Source of the DNA: an uncultured Acidobacteriota bacterium
Lineage (GTDB): Bacteria; Acidobacteriota; Terriglobia; UBA7540
DNA: 64,000 nucleotides
Reading direction: 5' to 3'
Assembly (NCBI GenBank): GCA_963804995.1
Contig: CAWDSK010000005.1
Span: 992,001 to 1,056,000, forward strand
Shown: positions 49,741 through 59,801 of the stretch, piece by piece
How the letters are laid out: the number at the start of each line of letters is the position of its first letter
Numbering within the stretch: the stretch's first letter is position 1
The notes under the pieces: generated by a model
What the model saw: the letters and a program-made list of their open reading frames with translations, nothing else
Databases searched by the model: none
What the model was told of the DNA's origin: nothing
Made by a program: the position numbers and the translations under genes

Positions 49741-50382
49741 TCAAATAATTTCCACCCGGCAATTCTTCACCAGGCTCTTGAACTTCGTGGCGTCAGTATC
49801 GGTGCCCACAATCGCTGCGTAGTGCATGGGCACGGCAATCTTGGGGTTGATGGCCGCCGCAGCCTCCACGGCCTCTTCCACCGTCATCACGTAGGTTCCG
49901 GAGACGGGAAGCAACGCGATGTCGCACTTGATGCCGCTCATTTCGGGGATGATGTCGGTGTCACCTGCGTAATAAACGCGCGTCCCATCCATCGTAAAAA
50001 CAAAGCCCAGGCCCTTTCCCTCCTGGGGATGAAACACTTTCCCCGGCTCGCGAAACTTGTTCACGTTGTAGGCCGGGACGGCTTCGACCTCAACCTTGCC
50101 GACGGAGACTTTGCCACCGGGATCGAGGAAACGTGTTTCTTTCACCTTCAGGCCTTTGAGCCCGTCCTTGCAAAGCGGGCTGGCCACCAGGGTCGTTCCG
50201 GGGAAAATCACTTTATTCAAATCTTCGAGGCTCATGTGGTCGAAGTGCTCGTGGCTCAGCAGAACGATGTCTGCCTCATCTCGATTCGTCACCTTGAACG
50301 GATCGGTATAGAGCACGCGCGATCCCTTGATTTTGAAAGTGTCATGAGCAATGCGAGTGAATTCCAAGTTCAGGAGTTTCAT
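49741..50382 (-). CDS. MBL-fold metallo-hydrolase (UPF0173/Lactamase_B_3-like)
   Basis: YTDPF, SHEHFDH, YYAGDT, ALLPVSG, AVPMHY. Confidence 0.88.
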   Translation of the reverse strand: MKLLNLEFTRIAHDTFKIKGSRVLYTDPFKVTNRDEADIVLLSHEHFDHMSLEDLNKVIFPGTTLVASPLCKDGLKGLKVKETRFLDPGGKVSVGKVEVEAVPAYNVNKFREPGKVFHPQEGKGLGFVFTMDGTRVYYAGDTDIIPEMSGIKCDIALLPVSGTYVMTVEEAVEAAAAINPKIAVPMHYAAIVGTDTDATKFKSLVKNCRVEII

Positions 50383-50536
50383 CAGCCCCCTCCAGGTAGG
50401 TTCCCATTTTCGCGACGGCGCCGGGCGGCGTGCGCTCACCTAGAATATCACCATTCTCAGTATAGGTGCGACCCACACCAACTCTTCCAACCAGTTCGAA
50501 ATCTGTGCTAAAATCTTTTGTCTTCGCGAGTCAGAT

Positions 50537-50612
50537 GGGCCGTTAGCTCAATTGGTAGAGCAACTGACTCTTAATCAGTAGGTTGGGGGTTCGATTCCCT
50601 CACGGCTCACCA
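50537..50612 (+). tRNA. tRNA-Lys (anticodon CTT)
   Basis: 76-nt cloverleaf GGGCCGT...ACGGCTC-A-CCA, D arm AGCTCAATTGGTAGAGC, anticodon arm ACTGA-CTCTTAA-TCAGT, GTTCGATTC T loop, encoded CCA. Confidence 0.96.
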
Positions 50613-50698
50613 CCCATCTTATGTTTGTCACCTACGTACTCCGCTTCAAGATGCGCAAGGGTCGGGAAGAAACTAAGCGTTTGGCGGGGGGCTTTCCC

Positions 50699-50762
50699 AG
50701 CTCAATTGGTAGAGGTCGCCGCGGCGACACTCTTAATCAGTAGGTTGGGGGTTCGATTCCCT
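50699..50762 (+). pseudogene. Degenerate partial duplicate of tRNA-Lys
   Basis: AGCTCAATTGGTAGAG and ACTCTTAATCAGTAGGTTGGGGGTTCGATTCCCT match the tRNA exactly. The acceptor stem is absent. Confidence 0.8.
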
Positions 50763-50989
50763 TACTGAGGATCTGTGCGATCGTCAATATCGTTCCATCG
50801 TGGAATGATTTTGACGTGTTTTTCTCGAAGTCATATCCTGACTGGCTGTACCCGGACCACATCGAACTGGCTCACGAGTAGCTGATCATACTTTGTACCC
50901 ATCCATAGAGTTGCTCGGGATGGATGAATTAGAGAAACGATACCAATAGAGGCAGTTGGGAGTATAATCCGGGCGGCCAGGAGGGCAGT

Positions 50990-51390
50990 ATGCAAAACCT
51001 GGCAAAATCGATCATAGCCTCACCTGGACCGCGGCGGGGGAAGAGGTATCCCGTCGAGCGGCCGGGTCATCCAAGCCGATCGGCTCTGCTCCCAACGAGT
51101 GGACGCGTTCTATTTACCGAACTCATACACAGATTGTCCGTCGCGCTTTGCATTGCCGCATTTGCATGGATGGGTACTTCCTATACTGCGGCTCAATCGG
51201 CGTCTACAGGGGCGATAGCCGGCACAGTTTTGGATCCGAGCGGGGCGGTTATTCCCCGTGTGAGCGTAAGTGTGCGCAGCAATGGCACCGACCAACCCCG
51301 AACCACCATGACCGACGACAGCGGCGAGTATCGACTCTCTTTCCTGCAGCCCGGGTTATACGATCTCACCGCATTAGTCGCTCCCAATAG
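50990..51390 (+). pseudogene. Truncated N-terminus of a TonB-dependent receptor (carboxypeptidase-regulatory-like domain only)
   Basis: AQSASTGAIAGTVLDPSGAVIP...TDDSGEYRLSFLQPGLYDLT, after which similarity is lost. Confidence 0.65.
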
Positions 51391-51573
51391 GTGTATGATT
51401 GCGCGCCATCGTGGGCACGGCTGGCTTTCGCCGCTGTCGCGCGAATTCGAGCAGGCCAGTTCTCTGGTACACCGTGGTGAAATTTCACGTGCAGTCATCG
51501 CAGCAGCCAGCCATGTTGGAAGCAAGCCGGTCGGCCTGAGAGGGGCCGACTCGGAGCTTGGAAATTGGGGGTG

Positions 51574-54403
51574 ATGCAGATGAACCCGTCACGTATCGGC
51601 GCGAGTGAGTCCGAAACCCATCAGCTATCGGGGTCGCTGCGCCTAATCGATCTCCAACACTACGGGCTTGCGGTTCTCTCCGTCGGTCTCGCATTGGGGA
51701 CGTCGCTACTCCTTCAGCATTTCCAATTCCGCGACGCCGGGGTTCCCTTGCTGCTCTTTGCTGTTGCCATAAGTTCCTGGTATGGAGGGCCAGGACCTGC
51801 GGTAGTGGCGGCCATCCTGTCCATGATCAGCTTTTACTGGTACTTCGTGGAGCCGGTCCGCACCATCTACATCTACCCTTCCGAAATCCCTTATTTCATC
51901 ATTTTTGCAGCATTCGCGGCTCTCATCTCGTGGTTCGCGACGATTCGGCGCCGAGCCGAAGCAGTTCTGCGGGAGCAGGCCGATCTCCTCAATCTCACGC
52001 ACGACACCGTTTTTGTGATGGATATGGAGGGGGTGATCACGTACTGGAATCGAGGCGCGGAGGAGCGGTACGGCTGCACCGCGGAGCAAGCGGTGGGCAG
52101 AGATGTTCACGACCTGCTGAAGACCGTCTTCCCGGCCCCGCTAGAGCAAATCAAAGCGGAAGTGACGCGTACCGGTCGCTGGGAAGGCGAGCTTGTGCAT
52201 ACCCGAAAGTACGGAACCCAGGTGGTGGTGGCGAGCCGTTGGGTTTTGCAGCGGGACAAGAGGGGCGTGCCGGTTGCAATCTTGGAGACCAACAACGACA
52301 TCACGGAGCGCAAGCGGGTGGAGGAGGCGTTGTGTCGTTTGAATCGCGAACTGCGAGCCATCAGCAACTGTAACCAGACTCTCCTGCGCGCCACCGACGA
52401 GCAGAGCTTGCTCCAGGAAATCTGCCGGATCGTCTGCGAGGAGGCCGGCTACCGCGTGGCGTGGGTGGGCTATGCCGAACACAATGAAGCCAAAAGCGTG
52501 CGCCCTGCCGCGTGGACCGGAACCGAGGAGGGATATCTTGCAAACCTCGGCATCACTTGGGCCGAGACGGAGCGCGGGCGCGGCATCATCGGAACGGCCA
52601 TCCGGAGCGGGAAAACCTGTTGCGTTAAGGATTACGCAACGGATTCTGAAGTCGCGCCCTGGCGGGACAGCGCTTTGCAGCACGGTTTTCGTTCCGCCAT
52701 CGCCCTGCTGCTCAAGGATGAACACGCTAACGCCTTCGGCAGTCTTAACATTTATTCCGCCCAGCCCAACATTTTTACGTCGGAAGAGATTCGGCTGCTG
52801 GAGGAACTGGCTGCCGACTTGGCGTTCGGCATTGTCACCCTGCGTTCCCGGGCCGCACGCAAGCGTGCCGAGGAAGACCTGCGGGCCAGCGAAGGCTATC
52901 TGGCGGAAGCGGAAAGGCTGACCCACGCAGGAAGTTGGGTTTTGGACTTGGCCAGCGAGAAGTACGTGTACGTTTCGGAGGAAGACTTCCGAATTTGGGG
53001 ATTCGATCCGCAAGGGGGTTTACCGACAGGGGAAGCAGTTTTCCTACGAATCCACCCGGAGGATCGGAACACGTGGAAGGGGAACTTTGAGAGGGCACTG
53101 CGCGAAAAAGTGGATAGCTTCGACGAGTACAGGATTGTGTTGCCCGACGGAACGATCAAGCATATTCACACAATCCGGCACCCTGTCCTGAATAGCGCGG
53201 GAGATGTCGTTAAACTGGTCGGAACCTCGATCGATATTACGGAACGCAAGCATGCCGAGGAAGCGCTGCGCGAGAGCGAGATGCGCTTCCGCACATTCGT
53301 GGACCACGCGGCGGATGCCTTCTTCATCCAGGACTTCGAGCAAGGAACCATAGTTGATGTGAACCGGAGCGCTTGCGAGAGCCTTGGTTACACCCGGCAG
53401 GAGCTGATCGGGATGACCCCGCTGGCCTTCGACGTGAATCTGGATCAAGCGACCCTCGAATCCGTCGCGGAGCGGACGGCGGCGGGCGAGACCGTGTTGT
53501 TCGACCGACATTGGCATCGGCGCAAGGACGGATCGATGTTCCCGGTGGAAGTTCAGACCAGCCTCATCTGGTATGGCGGGCGTCGCTTCCTGCTGAAGGT
53601 TGGCCGGGACATCAGTGACCGCTTGCGGGCCGAAGAACAGCGCGACAGGCTGCGACAAGCTCGAGGCAGATCTCGCGCATATCAACCGGGTCAGTATATT
53701 GGGGGAACTGGCTGCCTCGATCGCGCATGAAGTCAACCAGCCGCTTTCGGGCGTGGTGAGTAACGGCAGCGCTTGCCTGCGCTGGCTGGCCGGAGATGCG
53801 CCTAACGTGGAGGAAGCCCGGGAAGCCGCGCGCCGGATCGTCCGCGACGGGAAGCGAGCCGCGGAAGTGATCGCCCGGATTCGGGCCTTGACAAAAAGAG
53901 CTGTCACGCCCAGAGAGAAGTTGGATCTGAATGAAACAATTCGGGAGGTCCTCCCCCTCGTTGGGGACGAAGCGAAGAGGAACAGCGTGATCATCCAAAC
54001 GCAGCTTGCGGATGACCTTTCACATGTTTCAGGCGATCGGGTGGAGTTGCAGCAGTTGGTGCTCAACTTGGTCATGAATGCCATCGAGGCGATGAGCAGT
54101 ATAGGTGAGCGGGCGCGAGAACTGGCGATCACCACCCGAAACGTTGACGCGGACCAGGTGCAGGTGAGCGTTGAAGACTCGGGGATAGGTCTTGATCCGA
54201 ACACGATACAAAGGATTTTTGACCCTTTCTACACCACAAAGCCTGGCGGCATGGGCATGGGACTTTCCATTAGCCGTTCCATTCTTTAGGCCCATGGAGG
54301 CCGGCTATGGGCTACGGCCAAGGAGGGTTCAGGCACAATCTTCAATTTTACGCTTCCGAAGTACCACGAAGAAGAATCCAATGCGGGAATCGCGGCAGTC
54401 TAA
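51574..54403 (+). pseudogene. Membrane sensor histidine kinase (DUF4118-PAS-GAF-PAS-PAS-HisKA-HATPase) with frameshift near 53657 and TAG at 54287-54289
   Basis: NNDITERK and SIDITERK PAC ends. The H-box ASIAHEVNQPL is in a second frame. GMGMGLSISRSIL*AHGGRLW shows an internal stop. Confidence 0.8.
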
Positions 54404-55018
54404 GGCAGTTATCGCGATCGTGGACGACGACCCCTCGGTTCGCGAGGGTCTGAGAGTCTGATCCGGTTTGCTGGGTGGAGAGTTGAAACGTTTGCGTCCG
54501 CGCAGGAATTCCTGGCCCGCCCTCGGGCTGAGGCGCCAAGTTGTTTGATATTGGACTTGCAACTGCCGGGGCTGAGCGGGCTCGATTTGCAGAAGCGGAT
54601 GGCCGAGGTCGGGCTGGAGATCCCTATCGCTTTCCTTACAGGCCATGGCAATATTCCCGCTTCCGTGCAGGCCATGAAAGCGGGGGCGTTGGAGTTTCTG
54701 ACCAAGCCGTTTGATGAGGAAGATCTCCTGCAGGCAATTCGGCAGGCTATAGAACGTGATCGGCTTACGCGTCAGCGGCACGCGGAGATGTGTGAGTTGC
54801 AACGTCGCTATGAGGCGCTCACCGCGCGCGAGCGGGAAGTCATGCAGCAGGTGGTTTCCGGTCTCCTGAATAAGCAAGTTGCGGCCGAACTGAAGATAAG
54901 CGAGTTTACGGTTAAGGTTCATCGCGGGCAGGTGATGCGCAAAATGCGCGCCGATTCGTTGGCGGACCTCGTGAGAATGGCGGACAAGTTGGGCGTTCGG
55001 TCTCGTAAAATGTCCTGA
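54381..55018 (+). pseudogene. FixJ/LuxR-family response regulator with -1 frameshift near 54453
   Basis: IAIVDDDPSVREGL, then in another frame SLIRFAG...ILDLQLPG, FLTGHG, FLTKPF, LTARERE, NKQVA, TVKVHR. Confidence 0.8.
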
Positions 55019-55108
55019 AGACAGCCAAGGCCCCACGCCTGTAGACCTTATACTAAGGTGTAATTGATTTTCTTTTCCACCGCTGCTATTGAACAGTGAG
55101 GAGGACCG

Positions 55109-55492
55109 ATGCTCCCTCATATCGCAGTGGTGGATGATGACATTTCGGTGCGGGAATCGCTTGAGAGCTTAATCAGGTCCGTCGGTATGGCAGTGACAGT
55201 GTACGTCTCGGCGGAGGATTTCTTGAGCTCGGGCCATCCGAACAGGCTGGACTGTCTGATATTGGACGTGCGCATGCCGGGAATGAGCGGGATCGAACTC
55301 CACCGTCACCTGCTGGCCAGCAACTATAAAGTGCCGATGATCTTCGTTACGGCGCACGGGTCTGACGACCGAGCAAGGTCAGAAGCTTCCTCGGATTGGA
55401 CCGTCGCCTATTTGACTAAGCCATTCAATGACGATGAATTGCTTGATTCCGTCCACGCGGGTTTGAGATTGAAATCGAGCACTCAAGCATAG
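55109..55492 (+). CDS. Single-domain response regulator receiver
   Basis: VVDDD, ILDVRMPGMSG, FVTAH, YLTKPF. RBS GAGGAGG. Confidence 0.9.
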   Translation: MLPHIAVVDDDISVRESLESLIRSVGMAVTVYVSAEDFLSSGHPNRLDCLILDVRMPGMSGIELHRHLLASNYKVPMIFVTAHGSDDRARSEASSDWTVAYLTKPFNDDELLDSVHAGLRLKSSTQA

Positions 55493-55514
55493 CAGCCAAC
55501 CAAGGAGGTTCCCC

Positions 55515-56936
55515 ATGAGTGAGATGGGAGCTTTGGGTTACGTGGTGGATGACGATCCGTCCGCGCGCGAAGGCGTGGCAGGTTTGCTTCGCTCCGCCGG
55601 ACTGAAGACAAGAACCTTTGCGTCCGGGCAGGAGTTCCTGGCTACTGCTCGACCAGAAGTACCGAGTTGTTTGGTGCTGGATGTGAATCTGCCCGGGCTT
55701 AGCGGACTCGACGTGCAAGAGGAGCTGGCCAAATCGGGTGCTCAGATCCCGATTATCTTTCTCACGGGCCACGGCGACATCCCCATGACAGTGCGCGCGG
55801 TCAAAGCCGGTGCCGTGGACTTTTTGACGAAGCCCTTCGACGATGAAGACTTGCTGAATGCCGTCCGGCAATGTCTCTTTGGGTGCCGGTATTGGGCCAC
55901 GGAGAAAGCGGAACATACGCCCGCGCACCGCCTGAGAGACGAAGTTCCTTCGAAAGAAGCCATCGCGCGCATAGCGGATTTTGAGGGAATCATAGGGCAG
56001 AGTGCAGCCTTACAGGAAGTGCTGCGACTCGTCGACATGGTGGCAGCCAGCGAATCAACCGTGCTCCTGTTGGGGGAGACGGGCAGCGGCAAGGAGCTGA
56101 TCGCGCACGCCCTCCACAATTGCAGCCCCCGCAGGCAACGGGCATTCGTCAAGCTCAACTGCGCTGCCATTCCCACTGCACTGCTGGAGAGCGAGTTTTT
56201 TGGGCACGAGCGCGGCGCTTTCACGGGGGCGATGACTCAGAAGATTGGGCGGCTGGAACTGGCAAACCACGGTTCATTGTTTTTGGACGAAATCGGCGAT
56301 ATCCCACTGGATCTGCAGCCGAAACTTCTGCGCGTGTTGCAGGAGCGGGAATTCGAGCGCCTGGGCAGCACGCAAACGAGGAAAGTCGACGTTCGAGTTG
56401 TGGCTGCGACCCATTGTGCCCTGGAAGAAATGGTTGTCCAGAAACAATTCCGCCTGGATCTTTACTACCGACTGAACGTCTTCCCGATCTCTGTTCCTCC
56501 CTTGCGCGAACGCCGGGAAGACATTCCCCTGCTGGTTCGGCATTTCGTCCAGCAGTTCGCCCGGAGGATGCACAAGACCATTGGCGCGATTTCCTCCAAG
56601 ACGATGGAGGCGCTGGTACACTACCCCTGGCCCGGAAATGTCCGGGAGCTGCAAAATGTAATCGAACGCGCAGTGGTTGTGCACGAAAAAGGGGAGCTTT
56701 CGGTCGACAAGGATTGGCTGGCTCACGAATGCTTCCTCACCGAACCGGCCCCGCGATCGCCTTTCAGAAGGTCGGCGACAGACGAACGGGAAATTATCGG
56801 TGCGGCCTTAGCCGAGGCACACGGTCGGGTGTCGGGGCCGTCGGGTGCGGCCGCCAAACTCGGCATTCCCGCCTCAACTCTGGAATCGAAGATCCGAGCG
56901 ATGAAGATCAACAAGTACTGCTTCAAGGCCGCCTAA
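55515..56936 (+). CDS. Sigma54-dependent enhancer-binding response regulator (receiver + FhlA-like AAA+ + HTH)
   Basis: Receiver domain, GETGSGKE, GHERGAFTGA, LFLDEIGD, YPWPGNVRELQN, GAAAKLGIPASTL. Confidence 0.92.
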   Translation: MSEMGALGYVVDDDPSAREGVAGLLRSAGLKTRTFASGQEFLATARPEVPSCLVLDVNLPGLSGLDVQEELAKSGAQIPIIFLTGHGDIPMTVRAVKAGAVDFLTKPFDDEDLLNAVRQCLFGCRYWATEKAEHTPAHRLRDEVPSKEAIARIADFEGIIGQSAALQEVLRLVDMVAASESTVLLLGETGSGKELIAHALHNCSPRRQRAFVKLNCAAIPTALLESEFFGHERGAFTGAMTQKIGRLELANHGSLFLDEIGDIPLDLQPKLLRVLQEREFERLGSTQTRKVDVRVVAATHCALEEMVVQKQFRLDLYYRLNVFPISVPPLRERREDIPLLVRHFVQQFARRMHKTIGAISSKTMEALVHYPWPGNVRELQNVIERAVVVHEKGELSVDKDWLAHECFLTEPAPRSPFRRSATDEREIIGAALAEAHGRVSGPSGAAAKLGIPASTLESKIRAMKINKYCFKAA

Positions 56937-57684
56937 CGCCCTGAGTCGAAAATTTGTCGTCGAGTTCAGTCGGGACCTACCCGACCAGTGCCGTTTCCTT
57001 CCTGGCTGATGCTAGTTGCACTTCTGACGTCAACAACGAACACCCAGTCCAATGCAGAGGCACGGGCACTCCCCATTGTCGGTTCAGCCAACCACGTAAT
57101 ACGAGTTGGCTTTCATTCCGCGAGATTCCCTTTGAGAGGCAGTTCGCAGGTTGCGGTGAGCCCGTAGCCCTTCAGGTCGGCCCGACGGCGCCGAAAGCGG
57201 TATCCTCTTGCGGATTCCGTTTTTCCTCACCCATCTTGCCTTTATTCCAAACAACTTGTACTGAGCGTTGCGGTACGCAGCCTCCGCTGGGCTCAAAGGG
57301 GAGCAGGCGATGCAGCGGGTGGTGCAGAGACCGTAGAGCATCAGGTTTGCCTTCCTACAGTGGAAACTCAACAACGTCGTTGGCCTGCTAGCGCAAATCC
57401 TCAATTTGTTCTTGCTGGGTTTGCTCATCTTCTTTTCCCTGACCATCAACGTCGGACGCGACGCTTGCTAACGTCTCTTCGAAACGTTGACGCGCATCAA
57501 TCTTTTCTAGGATTTCGTCGCCAGTGTCACCGTGCTGAAGTCCGTTCGTCATGTTGCACCAGGAAGCAAAACGGTCGAGTCCAACATACATTTGGGCAAC
57601 GCACGTTCCAAAGCGCAGGAGAGCTGTAAGTAACTGATTCAACAAGCTGCCAGGGACGGGGGCGAGACGAAGTGTCGGAATGAC

Positions 57685-57780
57685 GCTTTCACGAGCTTCG
57701 CGAATTCGCGAAATGACCGGGATTTCGTGATGCATGAGTTCCCGTGTTTTCAGCGGCTTACCAATGGCACTTACGTTGCA
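57685..57780 (+). promoter_or_regulatory. Sigma54 (-24/-12) promoter with candidate upstream activator sequence for the STAS-mla operon
   Basis: TGGCAC-TTACG-TTGCA at 57765-57780, and GCTTTCACGAGCTTCGCGAATTCGCGAA at 57685-57712. Confidence 0.8.
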
Positions 57781-57820
57781 CTATTGAGGACGAGGAGATG
57801 CCGGATCGAGGAGAAAAGCC

Positions 57821-58195
57821 TTGACAGCCACAGAGTCTACCACTACCCAAGATTTAACGATCGACGTCACCCATAGTGAGGGGAGAGCACTCGTTTGCTT
57901 GGGCGGACGGGTCACGGTTGACTCTTCGCCCGACCTACGCCAACAGCTCCATGCGGTACTCAAACGGCAGTTCCTGCCGGCGCTCACGATTGACTTGGCG
58001 GATTTGACTTACATCGACTGCTCGGGGGTTGCAACGCTCATCGAAGCGCTCCGGATCGCGCGCAGCCGCAAGACCCAATTGCAGTTGCGAGGGGTGCGCG
58101 ATGGGCCTCGCCATTTGCTTGAGGCCACGGGGCTTTTGCATCTCTTCGACACAAATGGGGACACGGATCATTCCTCCGTCCCAAAGGTGCCTTGA
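57821..58195 (+). CDS. STAS domain protein (MlaB/anti-sigma antagonist-like)
   Basis: GRVTVDSSPDLR, IDLADLTYIDCSGVATL. Confidence 0.85.
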   Translation: MTATESTTTQDLTIDVTHSEGRALVCLGGRVTVDSSPDLRQQLHAVLKRQFLPALTIDLADLTYIDCSGVATLIEALRIARSRKTQLQLRGVRDGPRHLLEATGLLHLFDTNGDTDHSSVPKVP

Positions 58196-58998
58196 TGGCG
58201 AAATTCGTCGAAAGCGTCGGAAAAGATACGCTTAAACGCCTGGACTATATCGGCGGCCTGAGTATTGGACTATGGGCCGCGGTTCGCGCGCTGGGCACAA
58301 CACTGCCTGTCACTGGAAACCGCTATCGCTGGAAAGCTTCCGTAGTTCAAATGCTCGAAATTGGCGTCGAGGCGATCCCTATGGTGGGACTCATGGCGAT
58401 GTGCTGCGGCTTCATCCTCGCCATGCAAGGGGGCTCGGAGTTGCGCCGGTTTGGCGCAATGAGTCTCGTGATCGACCTCGTGGCCGTCGGTTTCACGCGA
58501 GAAATAGGCCCGCTCCTCACGGCCATTGCGGTCAGCGGGAGGTCGGGTGCCGCCATCTCCGCCGAGATCGGGACCATGGTGGTGACCAAAGAGATCGACA
58601 CCCTCAAAGTGATGGCCTTCGAACCGATCGAATTCGTGGTAGCGCCGAAGCTGCTGGGCGCGCTCATCGCCGTGCCTTGCCTTACGGTCGTTTGCAACGT
58701 CTGCGGCATTTTTGCGGGTTGGATCTTCATGTTCTTCAGCACCCATCTGGGTCTGAAGCTCTATATGCATGAGGTGCTCGAATCGCTGGTATTACGCGAT
58801 GTGGTCAGCGGGCTCATCAAGAGCATTGCGTTCGCCGCCATCATCGTCCTCGTGGGTTGTTTGGAAGGATTCCAGGTGCGCGGGGGGCCGGAAGCGGTGG
58901 GCCGGTCGACGACCGCCGCGGTGGTGAAGTCGACCTTCCTGGTGATTGTCGCAGATATGTTCTTCACCGCGATTTTCTACTTTACCGGGAAACACTGA
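58192..58998 (+). CDS. mlaE: MlaE family ABC permease
   Basis: REIGPLLTAIAVSGRSGAAISAEIGTM, GPEAVGRSTTAAVV. Confidence 0.88.
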   Translation: MMAKFVESVGKDTLKRLDYIGGLSIGLWAAVRALGTTLPVTGNRYRWKASVVQMLEIGVEAIPMVGLMAMCCGFILAMQGGSELRRFGAMSLVIDLVAVGFTREIGPLLTAIAVSGRSGAAISAEIGTMVVTKEIDTLKVMAFEPIEFVVAPKLLGALIAVPCLTVVCNVCGIFAGWIFMFFSTHLGLKLYMHEVLESLVLRDVVSGLIKSIAFAAIIVLVGCLEGFQVRGGPEAVGRSTTAAVVKSTFLVIVADMFFTAIFYFTGKH

Positions 58999-59801
58999 TG
59001 TCGATTATCTCGGTTCGCAATCTCGTGGTGGAGTACGGCGGACGCCGGGTGCTGGATGGGCTCCGCCTGGACGTCGAGCCCGGCGAAACGATGGTGTTGC
59101 TCGGGGGCAGCGGGGCGGGCAAGACCACGCTGTTGCGTAACCTGCTGGGGCTCGAGCGCCCGCAATCGGGCAGCGTGGTGGTGAAAGGGGTTGATATCAC
59201 GCGCTGTTCGCCCACGGAACTTAAGCGCGTCCGGCGCTCGATGGGCGTCTCCTTCCAGAGTGCAGCATTGTTCAACTCCCTGACGGTTGAGGACAACGTC
59301 GCATTGGCTCTGCGCGAGCATACGTCACTTGCCCCCTCCATCATCGAGTTGGACGTCTGGATGAAGTTGGCCGCCGTGGGACTGGCAGATTGCGGCAAGC
59401 TCTACCCACAGGAACTGTCCGGCGGCATGAGAAAGCGCGCGTCGGTGGCGCGTGCCCTGGCCCTCGATCCTGAAATCCTGGTGTTTGATGAACCCTCCGC
59501 CGGCCTCGATCCGATTGTGGCGGCGGAGTTGGATGAGCTCATTCTGCTCCTGAAGGAGGCATTCCAGATGACGGTCGTGGTGGTAACTCATGAGCTGCCG
59601 AGCGCCTTCCGAATCGCAGACCGCATCGCCATGCTCTACCAGGGATCGTTTCTCGCGGTAGGAAGGAAAGAAGAGATTAGGGTGAGTCAAGATCCTCACA
59701 TCCGCCAGTTTCTTGATCGCGTGCCCGATACCTTCAAGCCCGCCCACGTGGTGGAATCCTTCTTCGAAAAATACTTGAGCTCTCCGGAGGTGGCGCAGTG
59801 A
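58998..59801 (+). CDS. mlaF: MlaF/Mkl family ABC ATPase
   Basis: GGSGAGKTT, FQSAALFNSLTV, LSGGMRKR, DEPSAGLDPI. Confidence 0.88.
   Translation: MSIISVRNLVVEYGGRRVLDGLRLDVEPGETMVLLGGSGAGKTTLLRNLLGLERPQSGSVVVKGVDITRCSPTELKRVRRSMGVSFQSAALFNSLTVEDNVALALREHTSLAPSIIELDVWMKLAAVGLADCGKLYPQELSGGMRKRASVARALALDPEILVFDEPSAGLDPIVAAELDELILLLKEAFQMTVVVVTHELPSAFRIADRIAMLYQGSFLAVGRKEEIRVSQDPHIRQFLDRVPDTFKPAHVVESFFEKYLSSPEVAQ

Noticed and set aside
54287..54289. Programmed amber read-through (pyrrolysine or recoding)
   Set aside because: A single case at a position usually not special, in a gene with another lesion. TAG ends other genes in the window normally.
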